From positions 124,001 through 188,000 of the forward strand of contig MU626273.1 in the NCBI GenBank assembly GCA_025603075.1: a DNA stretch of 64,000 bases, written 5' to 3'. Every line of letters begins with the position of its first letter. Position 1 is the first letter of the stretch. The notes under the pieces were generated by a model that worked only from the letters and a program-made list of their open reading frames with translations, was not told where the DNA came from and made no database searches. Below are positions 32,884-45,672 of the stretch, piece after piece. Source of the stretch: Neoconidiobolus thromboides FSU 785. Its lineage: Eukaryota > Fungi > Entomophthoromycota. The translations under genes and the position numbers were made by a program.

Positions 32884-35435
32884 TTAAACCGAACTAGCAG
32901 CTATAGGAGCATTAAGATTCAATGCTGATATGTTGTTATTATTGTTATTATTAGTATTATTGGTGGTATCGTTATTATTATTGAGTTGATTTAACCATTT
33001 TGTCAATACATTTTGAAAGGTGTTATATGTTACTGGCTTTGATATATGATCATTCATGCCTATAGACTGATGATATTTACGATCAGACAACAGTGTGTTT
33101 GCTGAAACAGAAATTATTATCTGTTCTTGATCAATTTCTCTTATCTTTTGACATACTGTGTCTCCATCCATCTTAGGCATACTTTGATCTAATAAGATAA
33201 TATCATAATAACCAACTGGATGACTGTTATATTCGTTAAGTGCCATTTCTCCATCCACTGCTAAAAAGTAGTCAACGCCGCCCATCTTATCTAAGAACCT
33301 CTTGAGGATTGCTTGGTTTATGGGATTATCTTCAGCTAATAACAATCGAATCCTATTGCTACTGACACTTTTTTCAGCTTCCGCTTTTTTAATTTTTCTG
33401 TTGTTTTTGAGTTTATTTAATTTCGAGTTATTTAATTTTTTTTTAGGGCCATCAACGGCTGGTTTCTCTTCTTTCTTAATCCCCGTTTTTTGTATAACAA
33501 CAGGTGATTCATAAAGCGTATAAAATTCAAATTTACTTTCACCAACTGGGGAACTTGTTTGGGACCTTGGTGACTCTACATTAAAATCGGGACTTAAGGA
33601 ATCTATTTTAAAGTTCAAAGAGACTTTTGTTCCTTTACCAACGGTGCTTTCAATCATAATGTCACCTTCCATCATATCTAACAATGACTTCGTAATTGCT
33701 AGTCCCAGACCTGAACCACCAAACAATCTTCTGTTACTTGAATCTCCCTGAACCCATGGGGTAAATAATTTTGGGAGGATGTCAGGTTCAATTCCTATTC
33801 CCGTATCTATTATAGAAAATGACAAGTTACGTTTATTGTTTTCGTCTAAAAAGTGATTCATATCAAACTTGACAGTTCCTTGATCTGTAAATTTAATAGC
33901 ATTTGAAGTCACGTTAATTAATATTTGCAAAATACGCATAGAGTCTCCTATAGCTTTCATTTCTTCTTCAACAATTTTATACTCAAAATTGATTTTTTTG
34001 CGCTCTGCCGCCTTCTTAACAGTAGTAACAAATAAGTTTAAAGAACGCTTTAAAGAGAATGGCTCAAGGTTAAGCTCCAGTTTACCAGCTTCAATTCTTG
34101 AGAAATCTAAAATATCTTGTACGACAGCCATCTATATTGTTAAGTAAACATAAACTAAAATTATTAATATTTTACCATTAATTTAGCAGAACCATCAATA
34201 TTTTCAATGTATTCCTTTTGTAGTTCACTTATTTCAGTATCTAATAGCAAACACGTATTCCCAACAATACCAAATAGCTTTAAATAATTAATGCTTGTAT
34301 TTTTTAAGAGATGATTATATTACCGGAGTCCTAATTTCATGAGACATCATTGACAAAAAAGCAGATTTTAATTTCGAAGATTCAATGGCCAGCTTTTCAA
34401 GTGCAATGAGACTTTGTTTTTCTTCTTCAGCTTCTTTTAAATCATGAATATCTAAAATAAGATAAGTATATGTTAGACTGCGATATGTTGTGTCTTACCA
34501 ACAGCATTAACAATGTATTTAAGCAAATGTCCTTTTTCGTTTAAGATAGGAGTAGCTTGGAAGAAATGCCAACGGTAATCGTCATAACTGTAATTTTCGT
34601 TACTGTGTAACCTATTTTGATTTCCATATCTTACTTCCAAAGAAAAGGTTGTTCGTTTCTATAAATTAGCTTAGTTTTTATTTTTAGAATTAAAATTAAA
34701 TTACTTGAAAGTTCTCAGACCACATTGGATAGAACCATTGTACATCGTCAGGATGGATACAGTCCTTTAAATTAATTTTAATGATATGTGATTAGTATAA
34801 TGTATTACCCCCCAACCCTCACTGATAGTGTTTACACCAAAAGTCTCCAATACCTTGGTATTTTGGTAATGTACATCTCCTTGGTTGCCCATGATCCATA
34901 TCATACTTGGAAGAGTATCCGCCATCTGAGAAAACTCGTGTAAAAGTCTTTTATCAAGTTCAGGCTCGCTTGTTGGGTCTATAATTGATAGTTCAGACTT
35001 GTCGCCGTCCTGGTTGCTTTCATTAATACGGTCAATAACTTGAACTGTGCCTTTTTCTGGGATGACTTTAATCAATGGTATATCTCTTATGCCAATCGAA
35101 TAATATGTTTGGTCTTCAATCTTCCAATCCTTTACTTTCACTACAGCTGTTTGTCTTACATTTTTATAATTTTTGACATTAGCAAAACATAAGTTCATAA
35201 TTCGAGCCTTTCTTATATTTCCAGTAACTTCATCCTTAACTTTACTAGGACTGAAATGCTTTTGAATCATTTCATCATTGGTAAGCTGAAGGAATTCCTC
35301 TTTGCTTTGATACTCAAATAATTCCAAAGCTCGCTCATTTACTAGGATTGGATTCGTTGCACTGCATAGTATAAGTGGTTCAAAGGTTGATGCAGAGAAT
35401 ATGCTAGCAACTAGACTTAAGCAGCAGTTATTCAT
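32884..35435 (-). CDS. Hybrid histidine kinase 2 (paralog of 22093-24759)
   Basis: H-box KSAFLSMMSHEIRTP, NVTSNAIKFT, DTGIGI, GGSGLGLAI, receiver AEDN / LLDQSMP / ISKPV; N-terminal PAS-like region aligns with kinase 1. Confidence 0.92.
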
Positions 35436-36050
35436 AGTACTTAAATCTTTTAAGAAGAAATATAATATTTTTGAAGCTAAATAGATTTATTTCACTTGTA
35501 AACTTTTATATAGAAAAGAAGCCTTAAGTTTCGATCTCTATTAAACAAAATTTAGATTTCAGGATCGTAAATTTAGGAGCAAATCATAGTTTAATTGGAA
35601 TAACTTAGCTATGGATCGCAAATTTGTGGTTAGATTTAAAGCTAATATGAACTTTACAGGGAATTAAAACTCAGATTGTATGCCTAAGTCCATGTTTACC
35701 CGAGTTCCTATTTTTTTGTAATGAGTTTAAAATAGTTGTAATGATTATTTAAAAAAAAAATCTATTCAACATTGTAGTATTACTATTTTTATATATATAT
35801 TAAAGATTAAATTGGTTTAGAAAATATAGTGTGCTTTTTTTGAGGTAGTTCATCCCAAAGTAAAGTTTTAGAGTATATTATTATATTAAAAAAATTTTGA
35901 CTTATTAAATTTAGTGATGTTTTATTGGTTAAGAAACAAATATATCAAACCAAATTAATGATTTAGTGTAAATTGATGCAGAACCCAGAACCTTATTTAG
36001 TTTGAGAATTGTATACTAATTATTACTACTAACTCAATCTAAGCATAATA

Positions 36051-36134
36051 TGGGCATTTTAATTTTAAATCTGCTGAGCTTTTTTATTGATTTTTCCTAT
36101 TTTTGTGTTAAAAAGGACAAAATTAAAGTGCCCA
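36051..36134. mobile_element. Possible second short TIR element (84 bp, family 2)
   Basis: TGGGCATTTTAATTTT ... AAAATTAAAGTGCCCA (15/16 complementary), flanks TA / CA; internal sequence unrelated to family 1; one copy seen. Confidence 0.5.
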
Positions 36135-36425
36135 CATTACGTTTAAATTAAGTCAATAGTTCAATTATTATCAAAGAATGATTGTTATCTTTACAATTCT
36201 GATTAAAAAACTTTTTTAAAGCTTATTTTTTGTTTTTATTTTTTTCAAATAATTAGTCTTTTTAATTATGTTTTATGTTATTTTTATCAAGTATTTAATA
36301 GATACATAATATATAAATATATAGCTGTTTAACTCTACTTTTTACCAAAATAAAAGCAAAATGTAAACTTTATAATTAAACTTTAAATTTTGAAAAATTC
36401 TAATTTAGCAAGAAAAAGCACATTA

Positions 36426-36522
36426 TGGGATGTTTTTTTGTGTTTAAGAATTTTACTAACAATCTTTCTATTCAAATAGCGCTTAAAAAATGGAAAAATA
36501 ATGAAATCAAAAAACATCCCCT
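36426..36522 (-). mobile_element. MITE-like family 1, copy I
   Basis: TGGGATGT...CAAATAGCGCTTAAAAAATGGAAAA...ACATCCCCT; TA / TA flanks. Confidence 0.85.
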
Positions 36523-36833
36523 TATACAAACATTATAATTCATTTGCAATAATTTTGAGAACTATTTATAATAACCCAAAATTTATAGAATTTTGTAATA
36601 AAATATCAAAGTTTATTATTGATGAAATTCTTAAAAAAAGGCATCCCTATATATTAAATAATTTTAAAAATGCAATAAAGAAAAGCAAATTCATATAATA
36701 TCATGCTCAATATATAGTTAAAAAAAGTTATTTAATAAAATAAACATAATTACAAAAAATAACAAAATAATAAACAAAGTTTATTTTAACTATTTATTTA
36801 AAATATCAAATCATAACTTACCATATGGGGATA

Positions 36834-36933
36834 TGGGAATGTATTTTTGTACCTAACAATTTTACTAACAATTTTTCCGCTTAAATAGTGCTTAAAAAAT
36901 ATAAAAATAATGAAGTCAAAAAAAACAGGCCCA
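36834..36933 (-). mobile_element. MITE-like family 1, copy J (extra CATATGGGG terminus immediately to its left, 36822-36830)
   Basis: TGGGAATGT...AAATAGTGCTTAAAAAA...ACAGGCCCA; TA / TA flanks. Confidence 0.82.
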
Positions 36934-37830
36934 TATACAAAACTGCTTGATTTCTGCAACTTTTTAAATAAAAGCTTCCTTATTAGATCAATTGAAAGAT
37001 CAATCCCAGCTTATTTTACAAAAATTATAAAAATTTTAATATTAACTAAGCAAGTAATTTAGTTTATTAAATGATAAATCAATTATTAGTAGTTAAGTTA
37101 GTAAATAATTAAAAAGTAAAGTGCTACAGTAATAAATAGGAGCTATTATCATATTGCTTGGATTATATAAAGATATTTATGATTTTGGGGCTAATAACCC
37201 CCTTCTATGCAGCTATTTATTAACTTAGTAATATATCAATAACGTAATTATAATATTAAAGTTGTCTACTGATTTGATAATAAATGTATAATATTAACTA
37301 CAAAGTAGTCAATAATAAATATTCCTTAATAAAACTTTATATTAACAGTATTTATTTACATATTACAACTTTAATCAATATCAGTATACAAGTTATGAGT
37401 AAAAGTCTTTCTAATCCGGGAATTTTTATTAAATTTAATAAAAATCCTGCTAATTTATAATATAAATTATTAAAATAACTCAAAATTATCCCAGATACTT
37501 TTGCTCTCTAATAGAAACTTGTGGTTAAAAATAAATAGGGATATCCGAATTGGTTTCATTTTTACCTAATTTTTAAATATTTCGTATTTTAGAAACTACT
37601 TGAAATTTTATAAAAACAAATAGTTCTAAAATAGAAAAAAATTCCGCTACGAAAAATATCATAGCCAAAAAGTCTCGCCCAAAAAAACCAAAGCAAAAAG
37701 CATTCACAATAAAAAGTCGCAACCAAAAAAGTCCAAAGTCTAAAGCTTAGGAATTAGCCAATAAGATTTAAAGAGAAAAAAAGGACGATTTGATGATTTA
37801 TAGATTAAAATATCTTATTTTTTTATTAAA

Positions 37831-40581
37831 ATGAATATAAATAAATTACTATTAGCTCAAAAAGTTAGTAGTTTTCCATTTTTAAATAATAGTAAATATG
37901 CCACAAAATCAATTACAAAGAACCGTTTATTAAAAAATAGTTTGTTAAATACCAGAAATAACACTTACATTGGGACTTCAAAAATAAACAATAAAAGTAT
38001 TGTATCTTCAAAATGGACTAAAAATAGCTCAATAATACAAAGGAGTCAACTTTCATATACAGCTATACCAAAATTCCTCTTTAGAACTTTAAGAATGCCC
38101 ACTGCATTTTTAGGTGTTGGAGCAGGTACAGCTGGGTATTTGAACTATAAAATACATGGTAATTTTATTTATTATACATATTATTTTTTAAACTTATTTG
38201 ATAAAAGAGGCAACAAAGAGCATTATACCAGACTGGGTATCAGAAACATTTCAAGAGGTAGGATCATTTTTAAATCAGGCTAGGAAAGATACAAATCAAT
38301 TATTTGATGATGCCGAAGCTTATTTTGATCACCTTTTTTCTTCAGAACCAAACAATGGAACAGATAGCGAGTTTACAATGAATAATGACAATGCAAACAA
38401 TCAACTAAATAATTACAATAATGATAATTCATATACTCCAATTAATTACGCAGACGATGATGACGAAGAGGAGGATGAAGAAGAAGAAGAGAAGAAGCGC
38501 AAACCTAATAAAAGAAGAAAGAAGCAAGATGTCGATGAAAATTTTTCACCTTTAATAAGAAAATTGATAGAAATTCGGGCCATTTTAAAATCAGTTAATC
38601 ACCATTCTTTGCATTTACCTTCCATTGTTGTAATAGGCTCTCAATCTTCTGGAAAGTCGTCAGTTTTGGAGGCTATTGTTGGGAGAGAGTTTTTACCAAA
38701 GTAAGCTTTATTTTTGATTTATTAATTAAATAATAATATTGTAGGGGAACCAATATGGTTACTAGGAGACCTATTGAGTTAACACTTGTACATTCTCCAG
38801 AATTAAATGAAGAGTATGGAGTAATATCACAGGTGGGAAAAACCAAGTTTCATGATTTTGAAGATATCAAAAAGCATTTAACAAAGCTAAATATGGAAGT
38901 ATCTTCAAGCGATTGTGTATCGGATGATCCAATAGAATTAAAGATTTATTCACCTTCGGTTCCAGATTTAACTTTAATTGATCTACCGGGTTACATTCAA
39001 ATTCATACCAAAGATCAACCAAGAGATTTGAGATCAAAGATATCAGATTTATGTCATAAATACATAAGCAAGAATAACATTATATTGGCAGTAAGTCCAG
39101 CGGATGTTGATTTAGCCAATTCTGAAGCTTTATTGGCAAGTAGAAGAGTAGATCCAAAAGGAAGTAGAACTATTGGTGTAATAACCAAGATGGATTTGGT
39201 AGACCCAGTGCTTGGTGCAGCTATATTGGAAAATAGAGATTATCCTTTAAAATTAGGGTATATAGGAGTTGTTTGTAAACAGCCACCAAAGACTGGACTC
39301 TCTTCGATAATATCAAGCAAAAATAGTGATTACTTTTCAAACTATGGTATATTCGCAACAAGAAAATTAAGGGTGGGAGTACCAACGCTAAGGACTACCT
39401 TGATAAATGTATTAGAAGAAAAAATGAGTAAGAATATTGAACGACTTTACGAGCAAGTTTTGGTTGAATTAGAAGAAGTCCGATATCAATATAAAGTAGA
39501 ATATAATGATCGATTGATTACTGCAGAATCCTATGTTGCAGATTCTTTAGATATCCTTAAACATCGTTTTAAAAACTTTGCCAATTCATTTGGAAAACAA
39601 CAAATAAAGGATCAAATTCAAAGCGTAATGGAACAAAAAGTATTAGATGTTTGCGCAAGAGTTTATTGGTCAGACCCGTTATTAATTAATATGAATCGAG
39701 AAAGTATTAAAGATTCACATTGGGTTGCAAAGCTTGATCGTGCAGCTTCGTTATTGACTAAAAGTGGTGTAGGAAAATTATCGACTCAAATGGTAGTGGA
39801 TACCTTAATGCGTAATATGGATTTGATATCTAGGGATGAGCCATTTATTCACCATGATGATATGAGACGTAAAATCATTCAATTCTCAAATGCTATTGTA
39901 AAATCAAAATATAAAAGTACGGTTGATCAAGTAGAAAATACAATTAAACCTTATAAATATGAAGTAGATTGTAATCAACAAGAATGGGATGAATCCAGAA
40001 CAAAAACAATTTCATTGTTAAAATCGGAGATTTTGATGTGTGACTCTTCATTAGCTAAAATTAAACAAACGGTTGGATCATCGAAATTAAAAGAAGCTAT
40101 CAATTACATAAATGCAAAAGAAGATAAGAAAGAATACGATGACGCAGCTAATGAATTTGAAGAAGCTGTACAGCCACATTTTAATCCAAAACTTTTAGAG
40201 AAAGCAAATGAAGCTATATGGTTAAGAAATCGACGACTTGCACTTAAATTTAGATTAGCCATGACCAAGAGCCGAACATGCCGCTCCTCTTCAAATAAAA
40301 TCATATGCCCCGAAATTTATTTACAAATGGTAGGGTCGAAGCTGACGTCAACAGCAGTTATGTTTATACAGGTAGAATTATTAAATGAGGTTTTCTTCCA
40401 GTTTCCTAGAGAGGTGGATACCCACTTGTTATATTATGACTTGACTAAAGAACAAATTCAACAGTTTGCCAATCAAAATCCTAAGGTCTCTCGTCAGCTT
40501 CAGCTAAAAGATGCTAGAGCTAGCTTAGAGTTAGCCGCTAGCAAACTAAGTTATATGCTTGAAAACTTTGAGGAATTGTAA
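37831..40581 (+). CDS. MGM1: Mitochondrial dynamin-like fusion GTPase Mgm1, 3 exons
   Basis: Basic, S/T-rich presequence and a hydrophobic segment; G1 [35 protein letters not shown]3 LIDLPG, G4 VITKMD. Confidence 0.93.
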
Positions 40582-41340
40582 GAATATGGGTTAAATTTTA
40601 ATATACCAGATTGATTATCATTAGTTCTTTAGAATCAAAGTATTTTAAATATTAAATTAATTTTAAAAGTTTAAATTGATTTTCCTTATTTTGGTTTTAA
40701 TTTTAATCTCTTTAATATTCCGTGTAAATGCATTTCTATATGAACTAACAATTTCACAAAATATCAATCAAAATTGTTCTAGATTTATATTAAATAATAA
40801 ATAATAAAGATTTCTCATGGTTCTTTTATCACCATTCATTTATTTATCAACATTACTGATATCATATACCTTCAACGGGTTGAATACAATATATAACGGT
40901 GAAATATTACTATTGTTTTTAATTTGCGGTAAATTTATAATTAAAGTTATAGTAATTTAAAACTTTTGCTTATATTAACTTTTTTATAGAAATAAACATA
41001 TCTTATTATTATTATTATTATTTGTAAACAAGGACAATTAAACATATTTTATTATTGGATTCAATAACAGATTGTAGTTTAATAATAGGCTTTATTATTC
41101 TTTAAGACAAATCAATTTAATTATTATGCTCATTCATCTAATTAAAAAGTTAAATGCCAGAAGAATAGCTTGCATAATAAAGTTTAGTACAGTAACTTTA
41201 ATCAGAATATTATTTTTTTAAAGGCTGAGAATTGTAGAATATTAAATTGAAAAAATGACATGGGCTTTAAAAAATAAGTATAAAAAAGTTAAACTAACTC
41301 TTAAATGCTACAATAATAATAATAGTAATAAACATTTAAA

Positions 41341-42375
41341 ATGAACTTACAACTACTATTTTTCATAGTATTATCCATCACATCTACCGCTTCAGAATCC
41401 GCCTACTCTTCCAAAGCATCTAGTGAATGGCAAGGTTACGAAGAGGTCCAACGCCAACTTAACAATACCCAAAGTGATGCAAATAACTTAACTGTTAATC
41501 TAGGTGTTAGTTCTAGAAGCGGTATATTTAATATCCTCGGTAATATATTAAATGATAACAAACAATCATCCGCCATCTCGCCAAAAATCCTAAGTATTGA
41601 AGAAGTAAGATCATATACTCAATTCGCTGGTGCTGCTTATTGCAAAAACATTCAACAATGGTCATGTTATCCATACTGTACTTCTTTTAGGCCAGGGGAG
41701 ATTAAGGTGATCCATGTGATCCGTAGTGATCAGTATGATATTGATGGTTATATTGCATACAAAGGACAAAATGAACTTATAGTTGCTATTCGAGGTAGTA
41801 AATCATTAAATAATTGGATAGTGGATGGTTTGTTATTTCAAACAACCATTGAGTTACCACCACCATACAATCAAGCTAAAGTCCATTTTGGTTTTAATAA
41901 AGCTAGTTTAGCTGTGTTATCTCAAATTGGGGAAGTGCTTAAAAGGGAAGTTAATGTTAATCCAAAAGTAAAAATTACTCTCCTTGGGCATAGTTTAGGT
42001 GGATCTATTATGGGTATGCTATCACATTATTTGGTCCAATACAAATATATCACTTTTGATCAATTTCAGTTAATCACTTTCGGTATGCCAAGAGTTGGGG
42101 ATGCTACATATGCAAAGTATATTAATAGCAATGTTAAAACATTAGCTAGGATCACTCATCAAACTGATTTTATTCCTTTGATACCACCAATAGCTTTGAA
42201 CTATTTGCATTTTAATAACGAAATAAATGTACAAGGGATAGGCAATGATGCCAAAGCTAAGCTTTGTTTAAATGCTGCTGGTGAGGATCCTACTTGTATC
42301 ATAAACCCATTACAGTTGAGATCTTGGCCAGCTCATTTCCAATATTGGGATGTCACGTTTGATCAATGTCAATAA
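41341..42375 (+). CDS. Secreted class 3 triacylglycerol lipase (Rhizomucor-type)
   Basis: Signal peptide, AGAAYC, IVAIRGS, HFGF, nucleophile elbow GHSLGG, TFGMPRVG, DFIPLIP, catalytic His in AHFQYW. Confidence 0.92.
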   Translation: MNLQLLFFIVLSITSTASESAYSSKASSEWQGYEEVQRQLNNTQSDANNLTVNLGVSSRSGIFNILGNILNDNKQSSAISPKILSIEEVRSYTQFAGAAYCKNIQQWSCYPYCTSFRPGEIKVIHVIRSDQYDIDGYIAYKGQNELIVAIRGSKSLNNWIVDGLLFQTTIELPPPYNQAKVHFGFNKASLAVLSQIGEVLKREVNVNPKVKITLLGHSLGGSIMGMLSHYLVQYKYITFDQFQLITFGMPRVGDATYAKYINSNVKTLARITHQTDFIPLIPPIALNYLHFNNEINVQGIGNDAKAKLCLNAAGEDPTCIINPLQLRSWPAHFQYWDVTFDQCQ

Positions 42376-42564
42376 GGGATATTAAAATTAATTCTTAATA
42401 AAGTAATATATTAAAGCTAAGATGATTGTACATTTTTTCAAACTTTCATTTTGATATACATTTTAATTTAAAATCATTCTAAAAATACAACGTAAATTTA
42501 ATAAATAATTAGTTATAGTTATATACTCAACTTAAAAAAATAATAACTAAAAATAATAATTAAA

Positions 42565-42662
42565 TGGGGATGTCTTTTTTGACTTCATTATTTTTCCATC
42601 TTTAAGCGCTATTTGGGTGGAAAATTGTTAGTAAAATTCTTAAATCCAAAAATACATACCCA
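42565..42662 (+). mobile_element. MITE-like family 1, copy K
   Basis: TGGGGATGT...AAGCGCTATTTGGGTGGAAAA...ACATACCCA; AA / AA flanks. Confidence 0.85.
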
Positions 42663-42699
42663 AATAGTAGGAACTCATTTTTTTTAACTAGATAAGATA

Positions 42700-42799
42700 T
42701 GGAGGTGTTTTTTTATTTCATCAATTTTTCCATGTTTCAAGCACTATTTGAGCGGAAAAAGTGTTAGTAAAATTCTTAAATACAAAAATATAACCCCTA
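42700..42799 (+). mobile_element. MITE-like family 1, copy L
   Basis: TGGAGGTGT...AAGCACTATTTGAGCGGAAAA...ACCCCTA; TA / TA flanks; lies 37 bp after copy K. Confidence 0.8.
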
Positions 42800-43124
42800 T
42801 ATTCCAAATTAGTAAATCAGTTTTGAAAGGTCATTACACTACGATAAGAAATGATGATTAATTTTTCTTGTTCATCAGTAGCAGCAATTACTAATAAACC
42901 AAAGTCCTCATTTTGAAAATTTTTAATATTTGCAAATATTTGTTTACAAAGACATTCTTAATTAAGAATTTTCTCTACTGGACATGTAGAAATTAAGAAA
43001 CAGAGTAAATTTTTTGAATATCTTCAATGGTATCATTTTTGACATTTCTTAGCAAGATCGATTTTTTGGCAGTACATTTATAAACAATTTGTATAAATCT
43101 TGGGTAAGACTACCAGTAAGTATA

Positions 43125-43224
43125 TAGGGATATATTTTTTTGTTTAGGAGCTTTACTAACAATCTTTCCACTCAAATAGCGCTTAAAAATAGAAAAGGTA
43201 ATAAAATCAAAAAATGTGTCCCCA
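43125..43224 (-). mobile_element. MITE-like family 1, copy M
   Basis: TAGGGATAT...CTCAAATAGCGCTTAAAAA...GTGTCCCCA; TA / TA flanks. Confidence 0.82.
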
Positions 43225-44420
43225 TATCTTTTCTAAAATTGGGCACATCTTCAAAAGATTACTGCTCCCAGCTGAGAGTAACCGTCTAACACCAACCACT
43301 CAAGCTAATGGTTCGTTTCCATAAATCATTTTATGAGGCAGTAAAAGATATACTTAAAGTGAGTGTTAATAGCTTGATTGATTTGCTATTATAATCTTCT
43401 TTTAATACTAGATTTAACTTACTATTGTATTTATGTATTTTCAAATGTTTTTAACGAACAGTAACAATAAATCCTATTGTAGACCATATTATAATAGTAC
43501 AGATCTGAACGCTCCTTTGATTATAATGTTATTTTTTATAAAAAGCCTTCACAAATGATAGCATTCAGCTGACGAATCTTTATAGGGGTTTCTTTTAAGC
43601 TAAAAAGATGGTTGGGTATAGATCCCAATATAAGAGGAGGAAGAAGAGGTATATATAAAAATACTAAATGTTTTATTATAGTATTACAAAGCTATAAAGC
43701 GACATAAAATATTAATTAAAATTTTAGATATAAAGATGAATGGATAGAAGCATTGATCCAATGATAGCACGTGAGATCAATACTGTATGAATATATTTTT
43801 ATACTACTCAGAATGGTTTTTAAATTTCTAAATTTGTTTTTAGCTACAACTTTTTAAAATAATGTTTAAATATAAAAAACATTATTAAGTTTAATCTCAT
43901 GGATTAGCTTGAAAACTTAGTTCAAGTTTGTCCAATTTGATTTTTGGATTTCAAATTAAGCACCAAGTACTATCAAGATATTGCTTTTTTACTTAATTTT
44001 AAAACAAATCTATATTGGAATGTTTTTTAGTTTTTAGTTTTCTTTTCAAATTTTATACTATAGAGGAAATAGATAAAAAGCGAATTACAAATTTTAATTC
44101 TAACCAGACTTTTAGACTTACTCATATTTAAAGCTATTCTAAAAATTCACTTAAAAATGCTCGAAATAAACTATGTAAGAGCTTTTTTAAGTTACTTCAA
44201 ATAAAAAATAAACAACATAGTTAATAATACATTTTATGTAAATTACTTGATTTGAAGTAAACTATAGCTTTTATTTTTAGTTAAACAACGTTTTGCTTGA
44301 ATATCCTGAACTTTTGGTCAGAGTCTACTTTTTTAACAGTAATATTCTATTTCATTGCAAATCAAACTTGCTTAATTTTCAAGTATATATATAAAAATCC
44401 GTTTTTAAATAATAAGTTAA

Positions 44421-44491
44421 GTCAATGTAGTATAGTGGTAGTACACCGCGTTGTGGCCGCGATAGCGGGGGTTCGATTCCCCCCATTGACA
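44421..44491 (+). tRNA. tRNA-His (GTG)
   Basis: Acceptor GTCAATG/CATTGAC, anticodon loop TTGTGGC, T arm GGGGG-TTCGATT-CCCCC, A73; G-1 not encoded. Confidence 0.95.
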
Positions 44492-44585
44492 TGATGTTTT
44501 AACTTCGTTACTTTTTGCATCTTTTTAAGCATTATTTGAGTTGGCAAACTGTTAGTAGAATTCTTAAGCATAAAAAACATCCCCA
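44492..44585 (+). mobile_element. MITE-like family 1, copy N (left terminus eroded, abuts tRNA-His 3' end)
   Basis: GATGTTTTAACTTCGTTACTTTTTGCATCTTTTTAAGCATTATTTGAGTTGG...ACATCCCCA followed by TA. Confidence 0.72.
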
Positions 44586-44693
44586 TAATATTATTAAAAA
44601 AACCTTTTCAATAATAGACATTTAAATTTGTTTTTTAAAATTAAGAATTATTTTATTACAAATAAGATAAATACTTTCTATTTATCTAATATA

Positions 44694-44786
44694 TGGGGAT
44701 GTTTTTTTTGGGTTCATTATTTTTTCCATCTTTTAAGCGCTATTTGAGTAGAAAAATTGTTAGCAAAATTCTTAAATACATCCCCA
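44694..44786 (+). mobile_element. MITE-like family 1, copy O
   Basis: TGGGGATGT...AAGCGCTATTTGAGTAGAAAA...ACATCCCCA; flanks TA / AT. Confidence 0.85.
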
Positions 44787-45087
44787 ATATATTTTTAAAT
44801 TTATATCAAGCTTTTTAGGATTTTTGTTTTTAGAATTTTTTATCTAAAATTTATTTCTGAACATTCTAAGTTTTTTATAAAAATTATTGAGTAATGATTA
44901 CTGAAAAAAATAGAACCTATTTCAGTATAAAACTCACAGTTTGAAGCAATATCTAGTTAGCAATGAATTTTCAATCACACCAATTTTAAAATTGACCAAT
45001 AGAAATTGAAAAAGTATAGAATAAAAAAAACAAAAGACTAAAAAGCAAATTAATTTTATTCAACTTGATAAAAATTAGTAAATACAA

Positions 45088-45672
45088 ATGAGTAGTGAGA
45101 AGCCAACAGCACGAGTTATCGAAGATATATTATTTGAGGATAATTTGTTATTTTGTCAAAAACATCATGAAGAAGTTTGTTTTGAATGTGATGAAGATTA
45201 TTCTGATGTTAACTTGATGGGAAGAGCTTTTCGTGCTAACCGTGGTTTTCTTCCACCACCCAATCCAGAACAGCAAAAACGTATTGGTGAATTAAAAACA
45301 ATTGGGAATGATTGTTTTAAAAATAAAGATTATGATAAATCCATTGATGCTTATTCTAAAGCTATTACTTGTTCTCGTATGAGACCAGTATGGGACCCAC
45401 CTCAGTTATTATCCGAAGAAATAACTGTACTTTTATCAAATAGAGCTGCCTGCTTTTTAGAAAAAGGGTTTTTTGTTAATGCTTTTTATGATGCGGAAAT
45501 TGTTACTAGGATTCGTCCTACTTGGCCAAAAGGCTTCTTTCGTAAAGGTAGAGCTTTGTTTGGTTTAGGTCGTTATGGTGAAGCTGTTGACGCTTTTGAA
45601 AGAGCTATTTCATTAGACCCAGAATCAAAGGATATTCGTCATTATTTGGAGTTAGCTTTAGCAGAAATTTAA
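45088..45672 (+). CDS. SEC72: TPR protein, probable Sec72 (Sec63-complex subunit)
   Basis: PPPNP..KRIGELKTIGNDCFK, RPVWDPPQLLSEEITVLLSNRA (fungal Sec72 pattern RP.WEP..L..EEL..L..NRA), KGFFRKGRAL. Confidence 0.75.
   Translation: MSSEKPTARVIEDILFEDNLLFCQKHHEEVCFECDEDYSDVNLMGRAFRANRGFLPPPNPEQQKRIGELKTIGNDCFKNKDYDKSIDAYSKAITCSRMRPVWDPPQLLSEEITVLLSNRAACFLEKGFFVNAFYDAEIVTRIRPTWPKGFFRKGRALFGLGRYGEAVDAFERAISLDPESKDIRHYLELALAEI

Noticed and set aside
42860-43110. Minus-strand fragments such as NEDFGLLVIAATDEQEKLII, faintly like a MULE transposase
   Set aside because: Broken by stops and frameshifts with no complete DDE motif; cannot be supported without a profile search.
44297-44494. 65-aa ORF
   Set aside because: Spans the tRNA-His gene; TTG start; no motifs.
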